A DNA stretch of 41,071 nt from Deltaproteobacteria bacterium (GCA_947462115.1 CANHON010000001.1:1-41071); one strand, 5' to 3'. Shown: positions 30,294-39,151, counted from the stretch's first letter. Notes: generated by a model from the sequence alone, not told the origin. Made by a program: numbers and translations.

Positions 30294-31369
30294 GCGCAAA
30301 CCCGATCCGCGTGCTGATCGTTGACGACTCTGCCGTCGTGCGCGCCATTTTGCGCGATGGGCTCGCCGCCGATCCCTTCATCGAGGTGGTGGGCACCGCC
30401 CGCGACGCCTTCGAGGCCCGGGACCTCATCGTCGAGCGCAGCCCGCAGGTGCTGACCCTCGACGTCGAGATGCCGCGCATGGACGGCGTGGACTTCCTGC
30501 GCCGGCTGATGCCGCAGTACCCGATCCCTGTCGTGATGGTCAGCTCCCACACCGAGCGGGGCCGCGAGGTCACGATGTCGGCCCTGGCGGCGGGCGCCGT
30601 GGACTTCGTCACCAAGCCCAACAAGACGATGAACCAGGGCGTCGAGCAGATGATGATGGAGCTGCGCACCAAGATCAAGATCGCCAGCACCGCCAACGTG
30701 AGCCACTGGAAGCACCGCCGCCCCGCGCCGGCCCCCGCCGCCGCCACCCGGGCGCGCGAGGACCGCATCGTCGCGGTCGGCGCCTCGACCGGCGGCACGG
30801 ACGCCATCCGGGAGCTGCTCTGCTCGATGTCACCGAACATGCCGGGCATCCTCGTGGTGCAGCACATGCCCGCCGGCTTCACCGCCACCTTCGCGGCCCT
30901 GCTCAACACCGCCACCCCCTTCCAGGTCCGCGAAGCGGCGGACGGCGACCGGGTGACGCCGGGCACCGTGCTCATCGCCCCCGGCGGACGCCAGTGCGTG
31001 ATCGAGGCCGCGGGCGAGGGCTTCAAGGTGCGGATCTTGGGGGAGCAGCGGGTCAACGGCCACGCGCCCAGCGTGGACGTGATGATGCGCTCGGTGGGCC
31101 GGATCGCCGGAAAGCGGTCGATCGGCGTCATCCTCACCGGCATGGGCACCGATGGGGCCCAGGGCATGTTGGAGATGCGCAAAGCCGGCGCCTTCACCAT
31201 CGCCCAAGACGAGGCCAGCTCGGTGGTCTACGGCATGCCCCGGGAGGCCTGGGAGATCGGCGCGGCCTGCGTCACCCGCCCCCTCAACAGCGTGGGCGAG
31301 GCGATCAGCGCGGCGCTACACCCCGCGGGCGCCGCTGAGCCGGCCCGCAGCAACCAGCTCGCGGAGTGA
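30290..31369 (+). CDS. cheB: chemotaxis response regulator protein-glutamate methylesterase CheB
   Basis: 359 aa from ATG 30290, with an ATGA overlap with the cheR stop. The receiver blocks are VLIVDDS and LTLDVEMPRMDG. The esterase blocks are VAVGASTGG, VVQHMP and TGMGTDGA. Confidence 0.92.
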   Translation: MSANPIRVLIVDDSAVVRAILRDGLAADPFIEVVGTARDAFEARDLIVERSPQVLTLDVEMPRMDGVDFLRRLMPQYPIPVVMVSSHTERGREVTMSALAAGAVDFVTKPNKTMNQGVEQMMMELRTKIKIASTANVSHWKHRRPAPAPAAATRAREDRIVAVGASTGGTDAIRELLCSMSPNMPGILVVQHMPAGFTATFAALLNTATPFQVREAADGDRVTPGTVLIAPGGRQCVIEAAGEGFKVRILGEQRVNGHAPSVDVMMRSVGRIAGKRSIGVILTGMGTDGAQGMLEMRKAGAFTIAQDEASSVVYGMPREAWEIGAACVTRPLNSVGEAISAALHPAGAAEPARSNQLAE

Positions 31370-31866
31370 ACCCCATGGCCGACATCCTCCTTGGCATCGG
31401 TGACATCAGCGCCTCGGCCTGCGCGGGCGACGTGCTGGTCACGATGGCGCTCGGCTCCTGTGTCGCCATCGTCGCCCGCGATCCGCTCAGCGGCGCGATC
31501 GGGATGGCCCACATCGCCCTGCCCGGCGCGCCGGAGGGCGTGGTCCGCAGCCCGGCCGGCCTCCCCGGCTACTACGCCGATACGGCCATCCCGGCGCTGT
31601 TTCGGACGATGGAGCGGGTCGGGGCGCCCCCCGCGGGCCGGGGCCTGCAGATCAAGCTCATCGGCGGGGCGACCATCCTGGACCGGATGGGCAGCTTCAA
31701 CATCGGCAAACGAAACGTGTTGGGGATCAAGCGCGTGCTCTGGCAATACGGCCTGGGCTCCATCGCGGAGGACGTCGGGGGCGAGCTCTCCCGAACGGTG
31801 CGCGCCGAAGTGCCCTCCGGAATCGTCCGCATCACCAGCCCCGGTCTGCCCACCTGGGCCGTCTAG
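31366..31866 (+). CDS. cheD: chemoreceptor glutamine deamidase CheD
   Basis: 166 aa. The start is either GTG 31366 (GTGA overlap with the cheB stop) or ATG 31375. The blocks are LVTMALGSCVAIV (catalytic Cys), GMAHIALPG, KLIGGA and FNIGKRNV. Confidence 0.85.
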   Translation: MNPMADILLGIGDISASACAGDVLVTMALGSCVAIVARDPLSGAIGMAHIALPGAPEGVVRSPAGLPGYYADTAIPALFRTMERVGAPPAGRGLQIKLIGGATILDRMGSFNIGKRNVLGIKRVLWQYGLGSIAEDVGGELSRTVRAEVPSGIVRITSPGLPTWAV

Positions 31867-31906
31867 GCGCCCCGGCCCTCCGCAACCCCTTAGGAAGGGA
31901 GCCCCC

Positions 31907-32287
31907 ATGGCCAACGTATTGATTGTAGACGACTCGCCGACCGCCCGGATGCTGGTCCGGCGCTGCCTCCAGATCGCCGGCTACGGCGCCGATCAGATGT
32001 TCGAGGCCGAGCACGGGCGCGCCGCCCTCGACGTGCTCCGGGTCCAGTCCATTGATCTTGCTGTGGTGGACCTCAACATGCCGGTGATGGATGGCCGCAC
32101 CCTGATCCGCTTTATGCGGAGCAGCCCGCGCCACAACAGCATCCCGATCATCGTCGTCAGCTCCTTGGTGAACGACACGGCCGCCGCAGAGCTGGTCGCG
32201 ATGGGCGCCAGCACGGTCCTCAAGAAGCCCCTCAGCCCCGCAGCCATGGCCTCCGCGATCGCCGAGCTGCAAGGAGTCGCCGCATGA
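31907..32287 (+). CDS. cheY: CheY-like single-domain response regulator
   Basis: 126 aa from ATG 31907, with AGGAAGGGAG upstream. The blocks are VLIVDDSPT, LAVVDLNMPVMDG, IIVVSS and LKKP. The track ORF 31391..32287 is an over-extension. Confidence 0.9.
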   Translation: MANVLIVDDSPTARMLVRRCLQIAGYGADQMFEAEHGRAALDVLRVQSIDLAVVDLNMPVMDGRTLIRFMRSSPRHNSIPIIVVSSLVNDTAAAELVAMGASTVLKKPLSPAAMASAIAELQGVAA

Positions 32288-32730
32288 ACGTCCAGCAGCT
32301 CGACACCCGCGTCATCGACTCCGTGGTCACCGAGGTCTTGGAGAGCATGGTCTTCCTCGGCGCCGAGCCGGCCGGCGACTTCGACTGGGGCGGCGGCGCC
32401 CTCTGCTGGTCGTCCATCGACCTGCACACGCCGGTCGTCGGCGAGATGGTCATCGCCGTCCAGGAGCAGGACGCCGCCGAGCTGTTCGAGCTGCTCTGGG
32501 CCGGGGAGCGCGCGCCCGAGCCGGCCGCGCTGCGCGCGCTGCTCGAAGAGGTGGCCAACGCCATCGCCGGCCAAGCCCAGGCCCAGGTGGACCCGAGCGC
32601 CACCGCCGGCCTCGGCCTGCCGACCTCGGGCAGCGGCGCCTTCACCGCCCAGGGCCCCGCCGACCGCCGCCACAGCTACACCCTCGACGACGGCAAAGTG
32701 GTGGGGCTGCTGCTGCGCGAGCTCGTGTAG
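32284..32730 (+). CDS. CheX-like chemotaxis phosphatase domain protein (candidate)
   Basis: 148 aa, with an ATGA overlap with the cheY stop. The N-terminal stretch VIDSVVTEVLESMVFL and the block LLEEVANAIAGQ carry an ExxN motif (32548-32559) in the same context as the CheX/CheC active site (..GELGNMTAG..). Confidence 0.55.
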   Translation: MNVQQLDTRVIDSVVTEVLESMVFLGAEPAGDFDWGGGALCWSSIDLHTPVVGEMVIAVQEQDAAELFELLWAGERAPEPAALRALLEEVANAIAGQAQAQVDPSATAGLGLPTSGSGAFTAQGPADRRHSYTLDDGKVVGLLLRELV

Positions 32731-32756
32731 TCGGCCCGCCCGGCGCCGGCTGGCGT

Positions 32757-33350
32757 ATGCTCCCGCCCATGCCTGTCCACGCCCGACGCCTCCGCCGCCT
32801 CCGCAGCCAGAACCCGGTCATCGACCTCCGGGTCTGCGCGCCGGAGACCCTCCACGACCTGAGCTGCCTCGACGGCCTCTACGAGGAGCTCCGCGACTTC
32901 GGCCCCGCCGCTGGGCTTCGGGTCTGGGTGCTGCACGACGCCGCCGTGGGCTGGACCCACAGCGCCGGGGCCCTGCACGCCGCGCTGCGGGCGCTCTACG
33001 CGCTGGCCGTCGCCCTCCCGCTGGACGAGACCGCCGCGGAGGCGGTGGTGTTGCCGCCGGCCGCCGCCGCGGCGCCCGCCCTGGTCGAGGCCCTGCACGC
33101 GCTGGGCCTGCCGGTCTACAAGGTGCGCCCCGCCGGCGGTCTGCCGATCCAGGAGCTGCAGTTTGAGCGGCGCGAGGTCGCGATGATGCAGGGCCCGCCG
33201 CTGCGCCCCGCCGGGCCCAACGCGCCCCTCGGCAGCCTGTACGCCGCGATGGACGGGGCCGAAAACGACGAAGCCGAGGCCTCTCTCGACGCCTCGGCCC
33301 TCGCCTACCTCGAGGGGCTGCTCGACCGCTGCGGGCGCGCCCCGGCCTGA
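32757..33350 (+). CDS. hypothetical protein, last gene of the che operon
   Basis: 197 aa. The frame is strongly GC3-biased, with almost every third position G/C. It begins 26 nt after the CheX-like gene on the same strand. I recognise no motif. The start could be ATG 32757 or 32769. Confidence 0.5.
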   Translation: MLPPMPVHARRLRRLRSQNPVIDLRVCAPETLHDLSCLDGLYEELRDFGPAAGLRVWVLHDAAVGWTHSAGALHAALRALYALAVALPLDETAAEAVVLPPAAAAAPALVEALHALGLPVYKVRPAGGLPIQELQFERREVAMMQGPPLRPAGPNAPLGSLYAAMDGAENDEAEASLDASALAYLEGLLDRCGRAPA

Positions 33351-33399
33351 TCGGGCCGACCGGGCCCGGTAGAGCCGAGCGCGGACGGCCCGACCGCGA

Positions 33400-35169
33400 T
33401 CACTCCGCCCAGACGCCCATCGAGACCACGAACTGGCCCTCGGTGGTGGTGCCGTCCGGGTTGACCAGCGGCTGGTTGTCGAGCACCACCGGCGCGAGGC
33501 CCGAGAGCAACAGGCTCGCCGGGTCCGCGGGATCGGCCGTCCCGCCGCCGAGGCCGCCGAGCAGGTCGGCGAGGTCGAAGTTGAGCAGCCCGCCGACCAA
33601 GCCGAAGGTGGACTCCAGCCAGTCGCCGAGCGCCGTCACCACCGCCTCGGGGTCCTGATCGACGGCGCCGTACTCGAGGAGAACGCCCTCAGCCACGACG
33701 AGGTCGATGCCGAGCGCCGTGCCGCCCTCGATGTTGACGTTGATCTCGGTGGCGAGCGAGGCCTTGAGCCAAGTCCTGCAGACCGCGCCCTCCCGCACGC
33801 CAATGTCGACGACCAGGTCGGGCATGTAGACCGCGCCGAGAGGCGCGATGCCCGGGACCATCCGCGCGACCGTCGCCGTACCCGGATCGAGGCCGAGGCA
33901 CCAGCCGTTGGGGGCCACCGGGGCCTGCTCGCCGCCGGGCAGGGTGCCGACCATGCCGCCGATGAGATCACCAAAGGAGCCCAGCAGGCTATCGACCTGG
34001 CCGAGCAGGTCGATGAGCAGCTCGCCGATCGCGAGCTGCAGCACGCCCTCGTGGATCGACACCACCGCCTGCGCGTCGGGGTGCACGCCGCCGGAGTCTG
34101 CCCAGGGGGCGAAGAGGCCGAGGGCGCCCTCGGGGGCCGGCTCGTTGATGCCGAGGCCGAGCTCCAGGCCGATGCCCTCGGTCTCGGTGAACAGATCGGC
34201 GAGGCGGATGGACAGCGAGGTGCCGAGCAGGTCGGTGTCGAAGGCCAGCGGACCGCCGAGCTCGATGGTGCCGATGGAGCCGAGCACCACGTCGAGCAGC
34301 AGCTCCCCGAGCGGCTCAACGACATAGCCGAGCACCGCGTCGATCACCGACTCCAGCAGGCGGCCGTCGAGCGGCCCGAGCACGATGTCAGGGTCATCGA
34401 GGCGGATGGTGGGGTCGCCGAGCTCGAGGCTGAGCATGCCCGCCTCGTCCATGGTCGGCACCAGCAGGCCGCCGATCGCGATCTCGCCGAAGCCGACCGA
34501 CAGCTCCGAGCTCAGGCCCAGCCAGTCGATGGCGACCTCGTACTCGAGCTTGAGGTTGATGAGGGTGGCGACGGTGTCGAGGCCGCCGTCCACGGGCTCC
34601 AGCACCACAACGGTCGGCTCCGAGAGCAGGCCGACGGGCCGGATCGCGAAGATGTCGCCCTCGTAGGCGGGCAGGGCGGCCGTGACCTGCTCCTTCCACC
34701 CGAGGCCGTCGATGAGCGCGCCCAAGGACACGCCGAGCTTGGTGAGGCCGTTGGGGAGCAGGCGGGCGGTCATCGCACCCGGCCAGCCCAGCGTGGGATC
34801 GACCCCGCGGAACACCGGCACGCGGAAGTCCTCGCGCTGGGTGTCGAGGGCGGCCTCGACCTCGATGATCCGGTAGGCGTAGTCCACCGGGATGTCCACC
34901 TCAAAGGTGCCATCGCTGTTCACCGGCACCTCGGCGCCCTCGACCAGCACCACCGCCTGGGCCGGGCTGACGATGCCGGTGACGCGAATGGGGTCGTCGC
35001 CCATGAACTCGCCGTAGGTGGGCGAGGTGACCGTCAGCTCCAGGTCGGTGCCGAGGTGCTCGCCCTTGACCACGTAGTCGGAGCGGCAGCCGACCAAGGA
35101 CAGCGCGCCGATCCAGCCGAAAAGGAGCGCGGAGGCAGCGGCCGGGCGCGGGGAGTGCAAGGACGACAT
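33400..35169 (-). CDS. large hypothetical lipoprotein
   Basis: 589 aa from ATG 35169. The signal plus lipobox is ALLFGWIGALSLVGC. An N-terminal Ig-like stretch follows (TVTSPTYGEF...VNSDGTFEVDIPV). After that comes ~450 aa of Leu/Gly/Asp-rich sequence with no motif I recognise. Confidence 0.65.
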   Translation of the reverse strand: MSSLHSPRPAAASALLFGWIGALSLVGCRSDYVVKGEHLGTDLELTVTSPTYGEFMGDDPIRVTGIVSPAQAVVLVEGAEVPVNSDGTFEVDIPVDYAYRIIEVEAALDTQREDFRVPVFRGVDPTLGWPGAMTARLLPNGLTKLGVSLGALIDGLGWKEQVTAALPAYEGDIFAIRPVGLLSEPTVVVLEPVDGGLDTVATLINLKLEYEVAIDWLGLSSELSVGFGEIAIGGLLVPTMDEAGMLSLELGDPTIRLDDPDIVLGPLDGRLLESVIDAVLGYVVEPLGELLLDVVLGSIGTIELGGPLAFDTDLLGTSLSIRLADLFTETEGIGLELGLGINEPAPEGALGLFAPWADSGGVHPDAQAVVSIHEGVLQLAIGELLIDLLGQVDSLLGSFGDLIGGMVGTLPGGEQAPVAPNGWCLGLDPGTATVARMVPGIAPLGAVYMPDLVVDIGVREGAVCRTWLKASLATEINVNIEGGTALGIDLVVAEGVLLEYGAVDQDPEAVVTALGDWLESTFGLVGGLLNFDLADLLGGLGGGTADPADPASLLLSGLAPVVLDNQPLVNPDGTTTEGQFVVSMGVWAE

Positions 35170-35295
35170 GGGGGCTCCGGGAGCGAGGAGGGGCGGCCCA
35201 CCGGGCCGAGCCCTGCGATTGTGCATGAGAAAGGGCCTCGGGTCCACCCCAGATGGGCCACCTCATGGGAACTTTGCATCCGGTTAGAGGCACGC

Positions 35296-36099
35296 ATGCC
35301 TGCCACGCCCCGCGCCCGACTGCACGCGCTCCTCGACCTCATCGACCGGCTCCGCGGGCCCGATGGCTGCCCCTGGGACCAAGCCCAAACCATCGAGAGC
35401 TTCCAGCCCTACTTGCTGGAGGAGGTCTACGAGCTGCTGGAGGCCAGCGCCGCGGGGCCCGTCGGGGCCGGAGGCCAAGGGCCGGACCCGCTGCGCGAGG
35501 AGCTGGGCGACGTGCTGTTCAACGCGCTGATGTTGGTGCGGATCGGCGCGGACGCCGGGCGCTTCGACCTCGACGACGTGGCCGGCGACATCACCGACAA
35601 GCTCATCCGCCGCCACCCGCACGTCTTCGACCGGGACGCGACCGAGCGCTCCGCCCGGTGGGCCGACAACCAGCCCGCCGGAAAGGGCCGCCTCGACGGT
35701 GTTCCCGGCAACGCCCCGGCGCTGGTCGTGGCCGCCGCCCAGGGCGCCAAGGCCGCCACCGTCGGCTTCGACTGGCCCGACGCCGCCGGCGTACTCGACA
35801 AGGTCGAAGAGGAGCTGCGTGAGCTGCGCGAGGCCATCGCCCTCAAGGACCCCGCCGCCCAGCACCACGAGCTCGGCGACCTGCTCATGGCCGTCGCCAG
35901 CCTCGGACGACACCTCGCCGTCGAGCCTGAGAGCGCACTTCGCGCCGGAAATCGACGCTTCGCCCAGCGCTTCGCGGCGATGGAGCGCGAGGCTGCCGCG
36001 GCCGGCGCCCGGCTCACCGACCTCGACCCCGCGGCGCTTGACGGAGCGTGGCGGCGCGCGAAGGAGAGGCTGTCGGGCACGCCCGACCGGGAGGCCTGA
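35296..36099 (+). CDS. mazG: nucleoside triphosphate pyrophosphohydrolase MazG
   Basis: 267 aa from ATG 35296. The blocks are LRGPDGCPWDQAQT, LLEEVYELLEA, EELGDVLF and IRRHPHVF. A second MazG repeat has EELRELREA and ELGDLLM. The track ORF 34051..36099 is an antisense-overlapping extension. Confidence 0.9.
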   Translation: MPATPRARLHALLDLIDRLRGPDGCPWDQAQTIESFQPYLLEEVYELLEASAAGPVGAGGQGPDPLREELGDVLFNALMLVRIGADAGRFDLDDVAGDITDKLIRRHPHVFDRDATERSARWADNQPAGKGRLDGVPGNAPALVVAAAQGAKAATVGFDWPDAAGVLDKVEEELRELREAIALKDPAAQHHELGDLLMAVASLGRHLAVEPESALRAGNRRFAQRFAAMEREAAAAGARLTDLDPAALDGAWRRAKERLSGTPDREA

Positions 36100-36590
36100 T
36101 GCTCGCGAAGCTGCTGATCGTGATGACGGTGATCCCAGCCATTGAGCTGGCCCTGCTCCTGTCGCTCGGGCGGTGGATGGGCACGGCCGAGACCGTGCTG
36201 CTCATCGTGCTCACCGGCTTCCTCGGCGCGACGCTGGCCAAACGCGAGGGCCTCGGCGTGCTCCGCCAGCTCAAAGAGGACGCCGCCCGCGGCATCCCCC
36301 CCGCAGACCGCCTCGTTGAGGGCCTCATGGTCCTCGTAGGCGGCGTCCTGCTCATCACGCCGGGGGTGCTCACCGACCTCGCGGGCGTGCTGATGATGAT
36401 CGGGCCCACCCGTCGGTGGATGGCGCCCCGCATCAAACGCCTGATCGCCGATCGGCTGCACATCCTCCCCGGCGTGGCCGCAGGCGCGCCGGCCTGGGGG
36501 AGCGGCTCGGGCGCGAGCAACGTCGAGCCGGAGCGCCCCACCGCCGCGCAGCCCAAGGCCGCCGCCCGCTTTGACCACCCAGTGCGCTGA
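36099..36590 (+). CDS. fxsA: FxsA-family inner-membrane protein
   Basis: 163 aa. The ATG shares 1 nt with the mazG stop (TGATG). The sequence is MLAKLLIVMTVIPAIELALLLSLGRWMG...GVLLITPGVLTDLAGVLMMIGPTRR. Confidence 0.85.
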   Translation: MLAKLLIVMTVIPAIELALLLSLGRWMGTAETVLLIVLTGFLGATLAKREGLGVLRQLKEDAARGIPPADRLVEGLMVLVGGVLLITPGVLTDLAGVLMMIGPTRRWMAPRIKRLIADRLHILPGVAAGAPAWGSGSGASNVEPERPTAAQPKAAARFDHPVR

Positions 36591-36613
36591 GGCCCCTGGG
36601 GCGCGGGCCCCCC

Positions 36614-37381
36614 TTAGAGGTAGCCGCCGTCCCGCAAGAAGGCGCAGTCCGCGAAGCAGACGTCCGAGGTCCCGGCGTCTACGCACTGAAAGCCGCGCGG
36701 GCACGGGTCTTCAGCATCGGCTTCACAGCCGGCGTAGCACTCGCCGGTGAAGCAGGCGGGCCGCAGGCAGTAGAGGCTCGGGTCGGTCGCGCTCACCGCG
36801 CCGCAGACCCAGCCCGCCGCGCACACGCTGTCGTCCGGCAGCCCGAGCCAGTCTTCACAGCTGCGGCGCTCGTCGTACTCGGCGATGAAGCAGCCCTGGC
36901 CCGAGGGGCAGGAGAAGTCAAAGGTATTGCAGGAGCCCTGCTCTTCCGACGGGAGACAGGCGCCGCCGCCGCCACAGCTCGCCGACTCCGGGTTGCAGGA
37001 GCCGCAGCTGTCCATGTCGGAGCGGACGCACTCACCCGTGGTCTTGTCGCAGAACTCGTTGTAATTACAGTCAAGCTGGGTGTCGCGGCAGCCATAGGCC
37101 TCGCAGGTGTGCCGCTCGATGTCGCAGGTCTGGCCGGCGAAGCAGTCGTTGTCGCCGTCGCAGCCCGAAGCGCAGGCGCCGGCGCTGGTGCAGTACTGCT
37201 GGATCCCGCAGTCCGCGCTGCTTTTGCACTCGACGTCCACGCAGACCGCGTCGATGCAGTCCTGGCCGGCTTCACACTCGCCGGCCGAAGCGCAGGGCTT
37301 GGCCTCGGGCAAGGGCGTGCACCCTGCGAGGCCAAGAAACAGGACAGGCACGCCAAAGTTGGAGAGCAGGCGGTGGCGCAT
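36614..37381 (-). CDS. cysteine-rich secreted lipoprotein (35 Cys in 255 aa)
   Basis: The preferred start is ATG 37381, with GAGG 7-8 nt upstream. An alternative GTG at 37393 overlaps the upstream stop. The lipobox is VLFLGLAGC. The repeated pattern C-x3-6-C-x4-8-C (GECEAGQDCIDAVCVDVECKSSADCG...) is typical of myxobacterial Cys-rich repeat proteins. Confidence 0.75.
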   Translation of the reverse strand: MRHRLLSNFGVPVLFLGLAGCTPLPEAKPCASAGECEAGQDCIDAVCVDVECKSSADCGIQQYCTSAGACASGCDGDNDCFAGQTCDIERHTCEAYGCRDTQLDCNYNEFCDKTTGECVRSDMDSCGSCNPESASCGGGGACLPSEEQGSCNTFDFSCPSGQGCFIAEYDERRSCEDWLGLPDDSVCAAGWVCGAVSATDPSLYCLRPACFTGECYAGCEADAEDPCPRGFQCVDAGTSDVCFADCAFLRDGGYL

Positions 37382-37389
37382 CGTAGACC

Positions 37390-38454
37390 TCACCCTTCGC
37401 AGAAGCCAGCGGGATCACCGCCGCCGAAGCTGTACTGAATCGTGATCTTGCTGTTGGGCGGCGGCAAGCTGCCCCGGTCGAAGACGATCGCCGGGCGCTC
37501 GACGCCCTCGTCGTCCGCCCGCGTGAAGGTCCACACCCCGGCGTCGCAGGGCACGACCTCCTCCTCCACGCCCACCTCGATGGTGCTCGGGTCGGGCTCA
37601 TCGTTGAGGAAGAAGGTGTCGGTGAGCCGCGAGCTGGTCAGCGACAGCTCCTCGACGATCACGCCGAAGTCATCGGCGCAGATGTTGCCGACCACCCCAC
37701 CGGTCTGCTCGGCGACGTCCACGTAGCGGGTGCCCGGGTTGGCGCCCGACTCGACCTGCTGGCGGCTGCAGTCGTCCAGCGAGGTGACGACCAGCGACGA
37801 GGCGTTGAACACATCGCGCGCCCGCTGGCCCTTCACGTCGCGGAAGGCGTTGATGTAGTCGTTGACCGGCTGGGGAGAGCTGTCCTCTTCATCGCTGACA
37901 AAGATGATCGAGAGGTAGGCGTCCTCGCGGAGAAAGCCCTCGTTGTCGCCGCTCACCATCGGATCGGTGACCGCGCGGTAGGCGCTCTCGATGCCCATCT
38001 CGTAGCCAGCGCCGCAGGTGCCGACCGAGACGAGCTCCTGGAACAGGGCGTCCCCGTCGTCCGTGCTCGGGGTGATCCAGGCGGTGCGCACGAGCTGTCC
38101 GCCGTCCGGAATGGCGTCCATGTCGTCTTCGGTGCAGCCGGCCCCCAGGAAGCCTTCGGGGCGCTCGATCGTCGTCGTGACCACGCCGATGTGGTAATCG
38201 ACGTTGCCCTCGATGAAGTAGGTCAAGAACTCGTTGAAGTTCTGGGAGAGCAGCTGCTGGTAGGGCTGCATCGAGCCCGAGTTGTCGACCACCAGCAGCA
38301 CGTCGACCTCGCCGGCGTCGTTCTGGAAGAAGACGTCATCGCCCTCGAGCTTGAAGATCGACTGGTCGGGGGTGCAGGCAGCCCCGATGAGCCCGACGGT
38401 GGCCAAGCGGAGGGCCGCGGCGCCGCGGCGCAGCGGGGGTGGGACGAAAGGCAT
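37390..38454 (-). CDS. von Willebrand factor A (VWA) domain lipoprotein
   Basis: 354 aa from ATG 38454, with GAGGAG 6 nt upstream. The lipobox is TVGLIGAAC. The MIDAS block is VLLVVDNSGSM. The later VWA strand is LSIIFVSDEED. A C-terminal beta-rich extension follows. Confidence 0.8.
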   Translation of the reverse strand: MPFVPPPLRRGAAALRLATVGLIGAACTPDQSIFKLEGDDVFFQNDAGEVDVLLVVDNSGSMQPYQQLLSQNFNEFLTYFIEGNVDYHIGVVTTTIERPEGFLGAGCTEDDMDAIPDGGQLVRTAWITPSTDDGDALFQELVSVGTCGAGYEMGIESAYRAVTDPMVSGDNEGFLREDAYLSIIFVSDEEDSSPQPVNDYINAFRDVKGQRARDVFNASSLVVTSLDDCSRQQVESGANPGTRYVDVAEQTGGVVGNICADDFGVIVEELSLTSSRLTDTFFLNDEPDPSTIEVGVEEEVVPCDAGVWTFTRADDEGVERPAIVFDRGSLPPPNSKITIQYSFGGGDPAGFCEG

Positions 38455-38650
38455 CGCGTTCTCCTCGGACCCACGGAGCCGCGCGCCGGGTCCTGGTGCT
38501 TCGCGCGGGGGCGAGACCGCTGTTATCGCGCTGGACCGCGCGCCGCTGCGCCCCGACCGCTGGCGGTCACAGACCTGCCCCACGGTCGCCGCTCTCCGCG
38601 CCCCCGTCAAGGGCCGCCCCGCGCCGACCACCCCGCCACCGGGAGCCCCC

Positions 38651-39151
38651 GTGGTCCCCTCCCCTCGACCCGCTTGGGCCCCCGCCCTGGAGCGCTGGAC
38701 GGAGCGCATCGCCCGGATCGCCCGGCTGATCCTGCCCCGTCCGACCGACGCGGCCCTCAGCGCGCTGGCCGAGGTGGATCGGCCCGGCGCGGTGGATGCG
38801 GTCCCCGAGGCCCTCCGCGCCCAGGCCGCGACCAGCCTGCGCGACCCGCTGATGCTCGGTCGGGCCGCCTTCGCCCGGGGAGACTATGCCGAGGGCCTGC
38901 ACCACTTCGGCGTGCAGCTCGGCAAAAACGAGCACGACCCCTGGGCATGGCACGGGCGCGGCGACTGCCTGCAGCTCATGGGCGCACCCGCCGAGGCGGA
39001 CCTGGCCTACGCCCGCGCCGCGGCACTGGCGCCCCGCGAGCCCCTGCACCTCGACGGGCGAGCGAACGCCGCCGCTGCCCAAGGCGATGAGGCGTCCGCA
39101 ACGAAGCTTCGGAGCGCCGCCGCTGAGCTCCGCCGGCCCAGGCGCCGCTGA
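38651..39151 (+). CDS. small TPR-like repeat protein (start uncertain)
   Basis: The frame is GC3-rich. The TPR-like region is GRAAFARGDYAEGLHHFGVQLGKNEHDPWAWHGRGDCLQLMGAPAEADLAYARAAALAP. I chose GTG 38651 because GGGAG lies 5 nt upstream. ATG 38852 is a shorter alternative. The track start 38282 overlaps the VWA gene. Confidence 0.45.
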   Translation: MVPSPRPAWAPALERWTERIARIARLILPRPTDAALSALAEVDRPGAVDAVPEALRAQAATSLRDPLMLGRAAFARGDYAEGLHHFGVQLGKNEHDPWAWHGRGDCLQLMGAPAEADLAYARAAALAPREPLHLDGRANAAAAQGDEASATKLRSAAAELRRPRRR

